DNA of 64,000 nt from Tubiluchus corallicola (Eukaryota > Animalia > Priapulida), in the NCBI GenBank assembly GCA_030141605.1, contig JAQGDQ010000395.1, positions 1 through 64,000 on the forward strand, written 5' to 3'. Below the pieces are notes generated by a model, which saw nothing but the letters and a program-made list of their open reading frames with translations, was not told the DNA's origin and did not search any database. Of this stretch, positions 13,086 through 25,919 are shown piece by piece (the stretch's first letter is position 1; each line of letters opens with the position of its first letter). Made by a program: the position numbers and the translations under genes.

Positions 13086-14340
13086 TGTCCTTTGCTCGTT
13101 TTAAAGCACGACAGAGTCCTGTGCTAGTTTTAAGGCACGACAGAGTCCTGTGCTAGTTTTAAAACAAGACAGAGTCCTGTGCTAGTTTGAAAGCACGACA
13201 GAGTCCTGTGCTAGTTTTAAGGCACGACAGAGTCCTGTGCTAGTTTGAAAGCAAGACAGAGTCCTGTGCTAGTTTGAAAGCAAGACAGAGTCCTGTGCTA
13301 GTTTTAAGGCACGACAGAGTCCTGTGCTAGTTTTAAAACAAGACAGAGTCCTGTGCTAGTTTGAAAGCAAGACAGAGTCCTGTGCTAGTTTTAAAGCAAG
13401 ACAGAGTCCTGTGCTAGTTTTAAAGCAAGACAGAGTCCTGTGCTAGTTTGAAAGCAAGACAGAGTCCTGTGCTAGTTTGAAAGCAAGACAGAGTCCTGTG
13501 CTAGTTTGAAAGCAAGACAGAGTCCTGTGCTAGTTTTCAAGCAAGACAGAGTCCTGCGCTAGTTTGAAAGCAAGACAGAGTCCTGCGCTAGTTTTAAAAC
13601 AAGACAGAGTCCTGTGCTAGTTTGAAAGCAAAACAGAGTCCTGTGCTAGTTTTAAAACAAGACAGAGTCATGTGCTAGTTTTAAAACAAGACAGAGTCCT
13701 GCGCTAGTTTTAAAACAAGACAGAGTCCTGCGCTAGTTTGAAAGCAAGACAGAGTCCTGCGCTAGTTTTAAAACAAGACAGAGTCCTGTGCTAGTTTGAA
13801 AGCAAAACAGAGTCCTGTGCTAGTTTTAAAACAAGACAGAGTCCTGTGCTAGTTTGAAAGCAAGACAGAGTCCTGTGATAGTTTTAAAACAAGACAGAGT
13901 CCTGTGCTAGTTTTAAAACAAGACAGAGTCCTGTGCTAGTTTGAAAGCAAGACAGAGTCCTGTGATAGTTTTAAAACAAGACAGAGTCCTGTGCTAGTTT
14001 TAAAGCAAGACAGAGTCCTGTGCTAGTTTTAAAACAAGACAGAGTCCTGTGCTAGTTTTAAAGCAAGACAGAGTCCTGTGATAGTTTTAAAACAAGACAG
14101 AGTCCTGTGCTAGTTTTAAAACAAGACAGAGTCCTGTGCTAGTTTGAAAGCAAGACAGAGTCCTGTGATAGTTTGAAAGCAAAACAGAGTCCTGTGCTAG
14201 TTTTTAAACAAGACAGAGTCCTGTGCTAGTTTTAAAACAAGACAGAGTCCTGTGCTAGTTTTAAAACAAGACAGAGTCCTGTGCTAGTTTTAAAACAAGA
14301 CAGAGTCTTGTACAAGTTTAAATTAGTGTCCTGTTCTAGT
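13085..14340. repeat. 29-bp minisatellite (cagagtcctgtgctagttttaaaacaaga)n, about 42 units
   Basis: Head-to-tail repeats without spacers. Confidence 0.97.
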
Positions 14341-14825
14341 TTAAATTAAAACATTGATTTTGTAAGCCTGATTCATCGAATCTTGCAAAAAAACTTGTAA
14401 ACTGAAACACATTCTGAAATTTTGCTCATTTAATTTGCACTTTATGTTGTTTTGCGTCAGTAGACGACGAACATAATTGAAGCCATGAGCATTTTTCCGT
14501 CGTGCAAGACGCACTGAAGCCACGTATCTGCATTAAGTGTGTAGAGTATAATGACTAATAATAGTGTCTTTTAGGAAATTTAATAAAATGATATAATCAC
14601 ATTAAAATGTTTACTTGTAACAATGTCGTGGACCGTCTGTGTGATAAACTAATTACATCTATAAATAGAAAGCGCATTTGAGACACAGTTTACTAACGCA
14701 ACTGACGAATCGAGTTATGAAACCCAAAAAAAGGTTTATATTAGTCCTGCGTGCAATATGCGTCATTGAGGGCAATTATATTACATACATCTCGGTGACA
14801 GCTTTCGATCCGAGCTGCCAAGGGC

Positions 14826-14829
<4 letters not shown>

Positions 14830-14858
<29 letters not shown>

Positions 14859-14883
14859 TTTATATATAAGCAAGTAAGTAAGC

Positions 14884-14932
<49 letters not shown>

Positions 14933-15080
14933 GGTAGGTAGGTAGGTAGGTAGGTAGGTAGGTAGGTAGGTAGGTAGGTAGGTAGGTAGGTAGGTAGGTA
15001 GGTAGGTAGGTAGGTAGGTAGGTAGGTAGGTAGGTAGGTAGGTAGGTAGGTAGGTAGGTAGGTAGGTAGGTAAGTAAGTA
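14830..15080. repeat. (TATG)n/(AAGT)n/(AGGT)n microsatellite
   Basis: Visible directly. Confidence 0.97.
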
Positions 15081-15999
15081 CATTTGCTTTACGTATACAT
15101 TTGACATTACATAATATTTTACATTCGTTGTTATAGATATTACAGTTTATATTATATTAGAGTTTAGATTTTAGATAGTTATGATTTGGAATCAATGAGA
15201 TAAACGTGCGTTCAGATCTTTAAGAGCCTTTAATGTATTTATTTAAATCTGGTTGGTTGGGATATGATATGATTTTAACCATCTTAAGTAGAGCATGGGC
15301 GCAGCTAGATATAGGTGGAGTCTGCAAAATTAATATCAAATGCACAAAAATATAAAGATCGTCTAATGTGGCAATGACACCACAATCGGATATCGAACAT
15401 ATTTGGATCTTGAATATTTTTAGAGTCTCGTTGTCTCTGGAATACTTTGTGTCCAAACTTCTTGCTTTGTTTTTTAATCGTGCTCAAAGCTAACCTATTA
15501 ACGTTGTTGACATCAGCAGACTTCCGTAAAAGACTCAGGGAGGTCAAGTACACAGTTTTTATCTCTTTTTCATTCTTTTTATCCAACTTGTTTTTAAAAA
15601 CAAGGGCAAGAATTTAAAATGAATGATTTAGCCGATTCACTGGAAAATGTGTGATTTAGCCATGCAATAAATTGCTCGTGTGTAACTGGCTTTGTTTCAC
15701 TTTGTAAAACTGCAGGATACTATAAAACAGGCATCAATTTGAATTAATTTGGACAAGCAGAACGCATTGCAGTAATCTTGACCATGACTGCTGCCATTGC
15801 ATGTCGTTTTACCATGGCACATTTCGCCAGTGCATCATTTCACACATTTGACGCGTTCTCTATGAACAATGTTTAACGCTTTCAGTCCCAAATAATTTTT
15901 TTAATAAGGAAAAATTTTTTGGCTCGATACTTTTGTTCAGTATGTCCATCTTGTTTACACATAATAATTATTTTTTTCTACCTGTGCCCGCGTGCTAAA

Positions 16000-16332
16000 T
16001 ATAGCCTGTATCCCACGGGATACATTGGGATTCAATGGAAGCATAAAATGTGCTTCATTTTGCAACTGCTGATAATTTTTTAAAGTATTTATGACATTTA
16101 GTATGCATGCTATGCTGATCTGTACAAAGTCGTCTCTAAAGTACCTTGTGCAGTTTTTTATGCTATGTAGATTTTTTTAGTTTGCCATTTTATCACCATT
16201 TTTAGTCTATTGTTGTTGGCATAAATCAAAATAAATATTAACAGATCAAATAACTATCAGTTTTAAAATTTTATTAATTTCAAAGGCAGAAAATATTCTC
16301 GTATTCCACGGGATACAACGGGTATGAAAGGG
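16000..16332. mobile_element. piggyBac-like element end
   Basis: Terminus gggtatgaaaggg followed by TTAA; subterminal palindrome gtat(c/t)ccacgggatac occurs twice; matching inverted end at 8293. Confidence 0.6.
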
Positions 16333-16962
16333 TTAAAAGTCTACAGATGTGACTATCATGGTATGTTGATATCATTTTTAACCTTCTGTGTCAAATAATG
16401 AACTGTTCACATCGTCGTCTGTCCAACATTGTTGAAAACTAATGATGCTAAATTCAAAATCATGAGTTATCATCAAATTATGTGAAATGTGAAATATGCT
16501 CAACAAATTTGCAGATCTCGTCAACAGAAGTATAAAATGATTCAGTATTTGAAGTAAATGATTATACAGAAATCATTTTGAACATTTTGTACCGTGGCAA
16601 TTAATTCATCTTTGCTAAAGCTCTTTGCGAAGACTGTTTGGTTAAAGCAAAAGTCAGGGTTCTCTGGAATTTGAGTTTATTATTTATAATCTGGGAAAAA
16701 TGTTGGAAGGTTTCAGTAATAAAATTATGATAAGCGCCTCATTAATTAGTAATACCAATATAAAGTCGCTGCGTGTTCATTTTGAACACAAAATGGCGTC
16801 TACCGGTTATGGTAATTTAAACGTTTAGACCCGCCATCTGTTTGAGCAAATTTTTTTTTGCAGCAGCAGCACTTACTATTATCAAGACGAGTGACGTCAT
16901 TGGAAGAAGAATGGGAATTGAAAATAAAATGGGGACGAGCTTGTATGAAGTGTCACGACTTT

Positions 16963-17630
16963 AAATGACAAGAAAAGGGGTACCGGACGCTGGTTTCAGA
17001 AAAATCGCCTTAAAAAGCTATATCACTTTACACCAATGTTACGCGTATAGCGTACTATCTTTAAAAGGATTTTTTGTTTACTTTCATTTGAAATTCCGCG
17101 ATACTCTTCCGATCCGCGCCATTACATGACGTCATATGCGTACAGCGTAAATCAGGGAACGAAAAGGCAATGTTAAACTGCCCCAAAAAACTTTCCATGC
17201 AAAGTTGTATTACCTAGAATTTCGCTTACCTGCTTGAAAGACTTATGTAAGTAGAAAGAAAAATTATTAATTATTTAAAATGTTTTCACCAATTGGTAAA
17301 ATGTAGCTGATTCACCCTCCAGGGTGCACCACTCGCTAACCAGAAACGTATTTTTAATCTTATTTAAAATTAATTTAATTTAAAATTTTACTTAGTTAGT
17401 GATGTGTGCGCTACGAATGCTCTGATTTTTTTTTCAAACTTCACACAAATTTATCAAAACTTTTTTCAGATGATTTATCGTCAAAATGATTGTGTCTAAC
17501 GAAGGAGTTTAAATTTACAGACCTTACACAGCGTTACTGCCGACGCAAGTCTAATATAATATAAGTGATATAAAATTTCAAAACGAACTTTTTAAGTTTT
17601 ATGTAAGTGGAGAGTTTTCCTTGTGTTCTA
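16963..17630 (+). mobile_element. Kolobok-like MITE, family B
   Basis: Colinear with 52783-53444 over about 650 bp. Confidence 0.75.
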
Positions 17631-18247
17631 AAATGATTTTACTAATTACACGAAGCGCTTATTGAAGTTTTATTACTAAACACTTCTAACATTGAAATAA
17701 GCCTAACCTCCTAGAAGGCTTGACGTTTCCTTTAATGTTGCGTACGCTAAACAACATGAAAACCTAATATTATATATATCAACGCAGATTTGTTTTTTGT
17801 TTAAATGTAGTAAACATATACTGTCTGTCTTTTGTTGCCATACTATCTGGTCTTTAGCTAAACTCTGGTCTCTGAAAGCAATTATATAGATTTAAAAATG
17901 TGACGCTGAATTTGCCTGAATCTTTTTACCTGAAATCCATCTTTGAGTAAATTCACTTCTCATTGGTTTCTTTTAGGGCTAATTTCATTCATGATAGCTT
18001 TAAAGATGGGCAGTCGTCATGTATCTTGAGAATAAACCTTCTGCGTTCAATCTTGCTGGTCAGTCTTTCTTCTTTGTCACATGAATCTTTTTGCTTCATT
18101 ATAATTTTATTTTCTGCATAATGACTCTAAACGTTTTTGGAAAGCATCGATCTGTAAGCGATTATTGACTTTCAAGAATCGCAAAACCAACTTGTACAGA
18201 AAGAGACGAACATCCTGAGTTTGCAGTTTAATTCAATTTTATGTTAA

Positions 18248-18881
18248 AGGAAAAGTCAACCTTTTTAGGAGGTTAGGCGTATTTCAATGTTCACAAAAAA
18301 TGTTAGAAGGATTTAGTAATAAAACTGCAATAAGCGCCTCGTGTAATTAGTAAAATCACTTTAAAGTCACGATCACTTCACGTTCGGGCGCTCTAACTTT
18401 CAATGCCATTTCTTCTTCCAATGACGTCATTCGTTTTGAAGAAAAGTAACGCACTGTCAATCCTTATCAAAGGTATAATGAGTTTTTACCGAAAAATTAA
18501 TTAGCTAATTTTGTAATATTTCAGCGTAAACATAAGGTAAGATGCAGAAGTTTGAATTAGTTTAAGCAGCGTGCGCTTACGGAAAGCCACGACGCGCTTA
18601 CGGAAAGTCACGAAGTCTCCCAGTTACGTTATGATTTTCAAGTGAATGGCGGTAACTACCACGCCCGGAAAATTTTATTCAGAGGTTGTTTATTTTAAAT
18701 TTATGGTTTATTAAAAGTTTTTTTGCAAATTTGTTTGTTATAGTCTACTAAGTTTAAGTGATAACAGTAAAATAAACGCAACATACTGAGTGACTTGTTC
18801 TTTCTTTCAGCACACCACAAACAGTTTAAGTGATAACAGTAAAATAAACCCAACGTACTACAGAGTGACTTGTTCTTTCCT
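18248..18881 (+). mobile_element. Kolobok-like MITE, family C
   Basis: TTAA-aggaaaag ... ctttcct-TTAA; reverse-oriented copies at 57707-58393, ~25360-25735 and ~17630-17733. Confidence 0.8.
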
Positions 18882-19332
18882 TTAAAGTACGGCAAAAGGC
18901 ACAATATACACCGTTCATAATACAATATAATTATCAAATTTAAGAAACGCCTTAATGATAGTAATTTTTAAACAGTCAGAGGAAATAAATTTAAAGCATA
19001 GCGTCATCATGTGCCCCACCAACCACCCCCTACCCCTTGATACCGATGTCGATGTAAAAGTATAAGCAGTCTGCAAATTCACAATTGGCACGTATCTGGA
19101 GGAAAGTTATATTTTAGCGATCGATGAAGTTTGTGACAAACAAACAGCGAAACTCTGAATTTCACAGAGGAATTGATAAAAAGGGCAGCCTGCAGAGATG
19201 AGAGTAAATTGACAGTGTCGTCTGCTGCTGGCACGTACGTGTGGAGAGGCGTGAAGCTTTTCATAACTAAATCACCTACTTACGTTGCGTTATAATGACG
19301 TTATCACGTCTCCTTCCACCTACCTACATTAA

Positions 19333-19939
19333 AGGAAAACCGGACCCAATCTTAAACTGTGAGTCAAAACAATCTACTCTTTAAAATATTGAAAGGAAAC
19401 ATACTATTTTTTTCCAAAAATGACTTATGTGAAAGAATTATTATCACACAAACACAATTTCGCGTCCGCGTCACTAGTTCTTCGCTGTTACTTGCATTTT
19501 GCTATTCGCTAGTTAGACAGGCGCTATCGTTTTTACTTCTTAAACGCTTTGCACAAAAACAGATGCTGTACCTCTCAGTTCAGTGGTATTCGTTTGCGTG
19601 ACGTTTGACAGATCCTGCCTGAGCACAGTGGTAAATTTGAAATTTGAATTTTTATCTTAAAACTTGCCTAGTTTTGGTACAACACACCGCATCTCTTACA
19701 GTAGCGCTGTATTTCAATTTCCGCTTTCGCAAACACGTGCAACACGCTCGTGGAATATTTTTGCTGTTTGCATGATAATTGTGCTCGATTGTGAAGTCAT
19801 CAAAAGCCCGCTGTTAATTAAGATTTTAATTTAATAATTAACTATCAGAAACGCTTTTCTAGTATTATTGGTGTTAAAATGAATACCTTTTACTGTTCTT
19901 CAAAATGGCGTAGTATCTGAAAAATCATCCTGTCTTCCT
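19333..19939 (+). mobile_element. Kolobok-like MITE, family A
   Basis: TTAA-aggaaaaccgga ... tcctgtcttcct-TTAA; several copies in the window. Confidence 0.85.
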
Positions 19940-20384
19940 TTAAACTTGATATCGGCTTGGTTTTGTTTTAAATTGTATAATTTACTAATCAGTTTTGTTT
20001 AGTAGTAACCTGAGAGTCTGACTGACTGCCTTTTTCATTTTTCTAATTATGCTTAGGACTAAAATTTTAGTTACAGAAACCAGTGATGTGCTAGTTTCCC
20101 ATTGTTGACTCGCTTAACGTTTTCAAATTTATGTTTTTTTTTTTGGTTTATTTCTGGAGTTTAACGTTAAATATTACGGTCGATTATGTTTGTTAAACTA
20201 CTTTGTTCCATTTACTGAGCCAATGTAAAATAATACGAGAATTATATTTATACTTAATTACAGCACATAGTGTCAGTACACGAAACACTACAATTTATTT
20301 AGAGCAAATTATTAATTCATTGTTAAGACAGCAGAACTTTTATTATAATAACTTTAATGTGCAAAATCTATCTATACAGCCAAA

Positions 20385-21502
20385 TAAGCCTTCCCTTAAT
20401 GTGCAAAGTACTTCAATTCCATTATCTTTATTTTCAAACACTTAGCTATCTGTTACTGTATCAGTAAGCCTTCTCTTAATGTGCAAAGTAGTTCAATTCC
20501 ATTAACTTTATTTTCAAACACTTAGCTGTCTGTTACTGTATCAATTAGCCTTCTCTTAATGTGCAAAGTAGTTCAATTCCATTGACTTTATTTTCAAACA
20601 CTTAGCTGTCTGTTACTGTATCAATAAGCCTTCTCTTAATGTGCAAAGTAGTTCAATTCCTTTAACTTTATTTTCAAACACTTAGCTATCTGTTACTGTA
20701 TCAATTAGCCTTCACTTAATGTGCAAAGTAGTTCAATTTCATTGACTTTATTTTCAAACACTTAGCTATGTGTTACTGTATCAATTAGCCTTCTCTTAAT
20801 GTGCAAAGTAGTTCAATTCCATTGACTTTATTTTCAAACACTTAGCTGTCTGTTACTGTATCAATAAGCCTTCTCTTAATGTGCAAAGTAGTTCAATTCC
20901 ATTAACTTTATTTTCAAACACTTAGCTATCTGTTACTGTATCAATTAGCCTTCTCTTAATGTGCAAAGTAGTTCAATTCCATTGACTTTATTTTCAAACA
21001 CTTAGCTGTCTGTTACTGTATCAATAAGCCTTCTCTTAATGTGCAAAGTAGTTCAATTCCATTAACTTTATTTTCAAACACTTAGCTATCTGTTACTGTA
21101 TCAATTAGCCTTCACTTAATGTGCAGAGTAGTTCAATTCCATTGACTTTATTTTCAAACACTTAGCTATGTGTTACTGTATCAATTAGCCTTCACTTAAT
21201 GTGCAGAGTAGTTCAATTCCATTGACTTTATTTTCAAACACTTAGCTATGTGTTACTGTATCAATTAGCCTTCACTTAATGTGCAAAGTAGTTCAATTCC
21301 ATTGACTTTATTTTCAAACACTTAGCTGTCTGTTACTGTATCAATAAGCCTTCTCTTAATGTGCAAAGTAGTTCAATTCCATTAACTTTATTTTCAAACA
21401 CTTAGCTATCTGTTACTGTATCAGTAAGCCTTCTCTTAATGTGCAAAGTAGTTCAATTCCATTAACTTTATTTTCAGACACTTAGCTATCTGTTACTGTA
21501 TC
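20385..21502. repeat. 80-bp tandem repeat, about 14 units
   Basis: Unit agccttctcttaatgtgcaaagtagttcaattcc...gttactgtatcaat with period 80. Confidence 0.97.
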
Positions 21503-21861
21503 TATTTTTTCTACATGTCTGTTTATTCATTACGTTTGCTTAATTATACATTATACGTAATTATACGTATTTATACATAATTAGTGCATAATTTTCTATA
21601 CTGTAGGTTCTGCCAATATAAACTGTTTATTGCTTGTATGTGTACCACTGAATATGGCAGCTGATTCCTGTCGGGACATGCTACTAAACAATTGTAAATT
21701 GAAGTTTGTTGTTTTATGAATAAATGCTTTGAAGTAGCTGTATATATTAACTTACTATTAATTCTTGTGATAGTTAATTTCTGCTAATTACTACACAAAA
21801 CTCCGATAAAGTCTCACCTGGAAACATTGTCAGATCTAATCTTATCTACAGCTAGTCTTAC

Positions 21862-21958
21862 CTTTTGTGTTGTTTATGGCTTCGTATAATCCAGCAGCAA
21901 ACTTGATTGAAAAAATAAATGTAGCGTATGACAAAATCTGTCGTTTTCTTCCCAGCAT
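21862..21958 (-). CDS. Possible first coding exon with signal-peptide-like sequence
   Basis: MLGRKRQILSYATFIFSIKFAAGLYEAINNTK followed by G|GTAAGA; an NRF1/P3A2-like tgcgcatgcgc lies ~50 bp upstream. No partner exon identified. Confidence 0.25.
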
Positions 21959-22311
21959 CGCGTTATTAATGATTGTCAAATCCCCAGGATTACTTATGTA
22001 TTTCACTTTTTGCGCATGCGCGTTGCTTCCTCTAATTGAAATAGAGAAATGACATAGAATCGTTAATTGCACTTACCTAGCATGTATTAATTTTGCTGGT
22101 ATCTGTATTGATACAAGTAAATATATATGTGAAAGCCATGTGTAAAGTTGTAGATCACTCACATTGTAGAACAAGAATAAAAAACTATACTGCATATTTG
22201 CACGGAAAAGTGTTTATAAACTAGAGACACATGAGTAGAATGACTGCTGCACTGAACACTGTGAATGAGGGTGTCCTGTACTGAACACTGAGAGTTAGAC
22301 AGTGACTAGAA

Positions 22312-22684
<373 letters not shown>

Positions 22685-23163
22685 TTTTGACCAGACTCAT
22701 CTACCTTTGGTGCATGGTGATTGCAATGCAATTGTTCATTCTTAATGTTTTCTACTAAAATCGTTTGCGTAACGTATGCCTGTATGAATCACGTGTTTTT
22801 TGCACTTTTCACATCAAATGTAAGAACAAGTAGCTAAAATAGGTGAAAGCTGGTGGAAGGAGTGAATTATGATATTGATACATGAAATGAAGACAATACA
22901 TGTTCATATATTTCTTTCACTTTAAGAGTTTTAACAGACAAGTAAATTATATTTGTGGCATGGTCATACCTTTCACTATATATTAGTTTCAGAATTTTGT
23001 AAACGGCAGCCTGCAGAGATGAGAGTAAGTTAACAGAGCTGTCTCCTGCTGGCACGTACGTGTGAAGAAAGCGTGAAGCCAGATAATGATATCATAACTA
23101 AATCACCTACTTACGTTGCGTTATAATGGCGTTATCTCGTCTCCGTCCACCTACCTACATTAA

Positions 23164-23783
23164 AGGAAAACCGGACCCAATCTTAAACTGTGAGTCAAAA
23201 CAATCTACTCTTTAAAATATTGAAAAAAACATACTATTTTTCAAAAATGACTCACGTTAAAGAATTACTACCACACAAACACAATTTCGCATTCCGTGCT
23301 ACTAGTTCTTCGCTGTTAAACGCATTTCGCCATTTGCTAGTTAGACAGGCAGTAGCACCTGTATTTCGGAAACGTGTTGCACAAAAGCAGATGCTGTACC
23401 TCTCAGTTCAGATGTGTTAGTTTGTGACGAACTACACACGTTCGACAGCTCATGCGTGAACACAGCGCTAAATTTGAAATTCAATTTTCATCCTAAAACT
23501 TGCCTAGTTTTAGAACAACATACTGAATTTTTTAATGTAGCACTGTAGTTCAATTTTCACTTTCGCAGATACGTGCAACGCGCTCCTGGAATATTTTTCC
23601 TATAGAAAATTATGTTAGTTTGTGATGTCATCAATAGTTGGCCTCGCCGGCCGTTAATTAAGTTCTTAATCTATTATTTAATTATCAGAAACGCTTTCAC
23701 AGTATATATTAATCGTGTTAAAATCTATAATTTTTATCGGACTTGAAAATGGGGCAGTATACGAAAAATCATCCTGTCTTCCT
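23164..23783 (+). mobile_element. Kolobok-like MITE, family A
   Basis: TTAA-flanked full copy, homologous to 19333-19939. Confidence 0.85.
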
Positions 23784-23996
23784 TTAAAAGCTCCTACGTC
23801 TGAAAGTGAAAAGCCTGTCTTTGAAACTAAAATGGACCCGAAACAGAGGCAAAAGTCAGAAAATGAACACAAAACTTACTACTGAATATGTTTTGACAAC
23901 AAATGTTAGTATTTTATGCATAAATATTCTCTCTGTTAGACTAAAATTAAAATTTAGACGTTCGTGAATTGTTTTTGGAAATGTTTTTGTTTGCAG

Positions 23997-24110
23997 GGAA
24001 AAGGTATTATGCAAACGTATTGGCTCACGTTTGGTCTAGGTCAACCGAAATCAAGTAAAATTTCTTTAGGGGTGACGATGAAAGTACCAATTTCAAATAC
24101 GTACTTGTAA
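23997..24110 (+). CDS. Terminal exon of a guanylate cyclase-like gene (upstream exons not seen)
   Basis: Acceptor tttgtttgcag followed by GKGIMQTYWLTFG...*, the GKGxMxTYWL motif that ends class III cyclase domains. Confidence 0.6.
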   Translation, partial: GKGIMQTYWLTFGLGQPKSSKISLGVTMKVPISNTYL

Positions 24111-24939
24111 TATGTGGACTACAACAGCGTAGTTGTCTTACAGTAACGAGTAGTGTGCCTATCATGTTTCAGTGTGACTGATTATGAATATTTAATGGCT
24201 GACGATGTTCTTGTCTGTGCCGTAAGTTGATGCTCGTTGTTACTTGAGAGTAACCGGGTTACCACCACACCAGTACGCCAACATACACACTAATTTAGAA
24301 TTTATATATCAGCGGCCATATTAATTAAATCATAGTTATTTTCCCATTTTTTGTGCACAGTTGTAAATATGTTTGATTTTATTCGTTGTTACTTTCCATT
24401 ACTGCACAGTAGTTTAGATTGCGCTGACGCATTTGCCTTTAGCAGTGTAAGTTTTTATTAGCTAACACTGATTGATCATCTCTGTAAAGTTTTTATAAGT
24501 GATTCTCAATGTATTTTAACGGCAAATAAAGATTATTATATATATGAAACACTATGTTAACATTTTCAACACCATATGTGAAAATTTACTTGTTGGAAAT
24601 TATAATTGTAATTATAATGGTCTTATGTAATAAAATTTGTTTAATTCTAGGGTTTAGTATAGCCTTCGTGACATTATGGTGTGACAAAACTACTAAAACG
24701 TTAAAAATCAAGTAGTGTAAGAATTTGAGTAATTGAATCTTCGAATTTCTAATTAGATCGAGTAGTGAGCAATTTGTGTGAAGAACAGATTTTAGCTAAA
24801 AATGAACTAGCCCATTAAGCATTTCGCCATGACAGGCAAACAGCTAGTTCTAGAACTACGCATTGCCAACAGTTGATGTTAAAGCAAAACCGGATGATTG
24901 TGTAAACATTAGTTCAAAATAAAGAATGCTATAAAATAC

Positions 24940-25735
24940 TGAAAACTACAATAGCTTATTTTAAATCAAAGCTTAGATTAAATAATAATTGCCTCGCATA
25001 CTCAAATTTTGTTAAAGTTTCAAAACTACCCGCGGCTCAGTGATTCTTCTAAGATTGGCAGCGGCGCCTTTGATGTAGAGCCTATTTTTCGTGACATCAC
25101 ACGTTTAAGCAGTACTGTAAAACTTATGCAAATGTGCTTGATTGCGCAAGGGAAGATGCCTGCCATTGCACAAACTGTGGTTAGTTTCTGACGTAAGCAA
25201 TAGCTGTGTTCGGTTGCCGTTAATTAACTTTCTAAGCTAATTATTCAAATATAAGGAACAATTACTAATTTTTATAGAAAAGGAATTGTATATATTGTAT
25301 ATTTTGGACAGTAAATTAAAATGAGATTGAGTCTAAACAATCATCCTGTCTTCCTTTAAAGGAAAAAACAAGCACCTAAACCCAACACGTTGAGTTTATT
25401 TTACTGTTGTCACTTAAACTTAGAAAAATATATCAAAGAAATTTGCAAACAACTGCCTATAGTGCATAAATTTACGATATACTTCCTTTGAGTAGAAATT
25501 TTTAGGTGTGGTGGTTGCCGCCATTCACTTGAAAATCGCGACGTAACTGCGAAACTTCCTTTTGGTAAGCGTGTCGTGGCTTTCCGTAAACGCGCGCTGC
25601 TTAAATTTTTTAAACCTTCTGCACTTAACAAATGTTCACACAAAATTTTTCTCTTTCTTTTTTTTGTAAAATCTTATTATACTTTTGGTGAGGATTGACA
25701 GTGCGCTACTTTTCTTCTCGACGAATGACGTCATT
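24940..25735. mobile_element. Two abutting Kolobok-like MITE fragments (families D and C) sharing one TTAA
   Basis: Junction cctgtcttcct-TTAA-aggaaaaaac near 25355; homology to 10700-11168 and 57707-58393. Confidence 0.7.
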
Positions 25736-25919
25736 GGTGGTGTTGATTGTAAATGATTCATCGTTCATTTTATTGTTACTGATGTTATAGAAATTGTTAA
25801 CTTTTTTGCATTAATGTGTATAACGTGTATTATAGCTATTATGTAGGTTTATTGTTATCACTTATGAAAGCCGTTGAAAAATGCGTTACAAATGAAAAAA
25901 AAACCAGTTTTTGTTTAAG

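Noticed and set aside
13085-14340. 29-bp repeat array with gtttt/aaaac superficially like a CRISPR repeat
   Set aside because: Units are head-to-tail with no unique spacers, no cas genes are present, and the context is eukaryotic.
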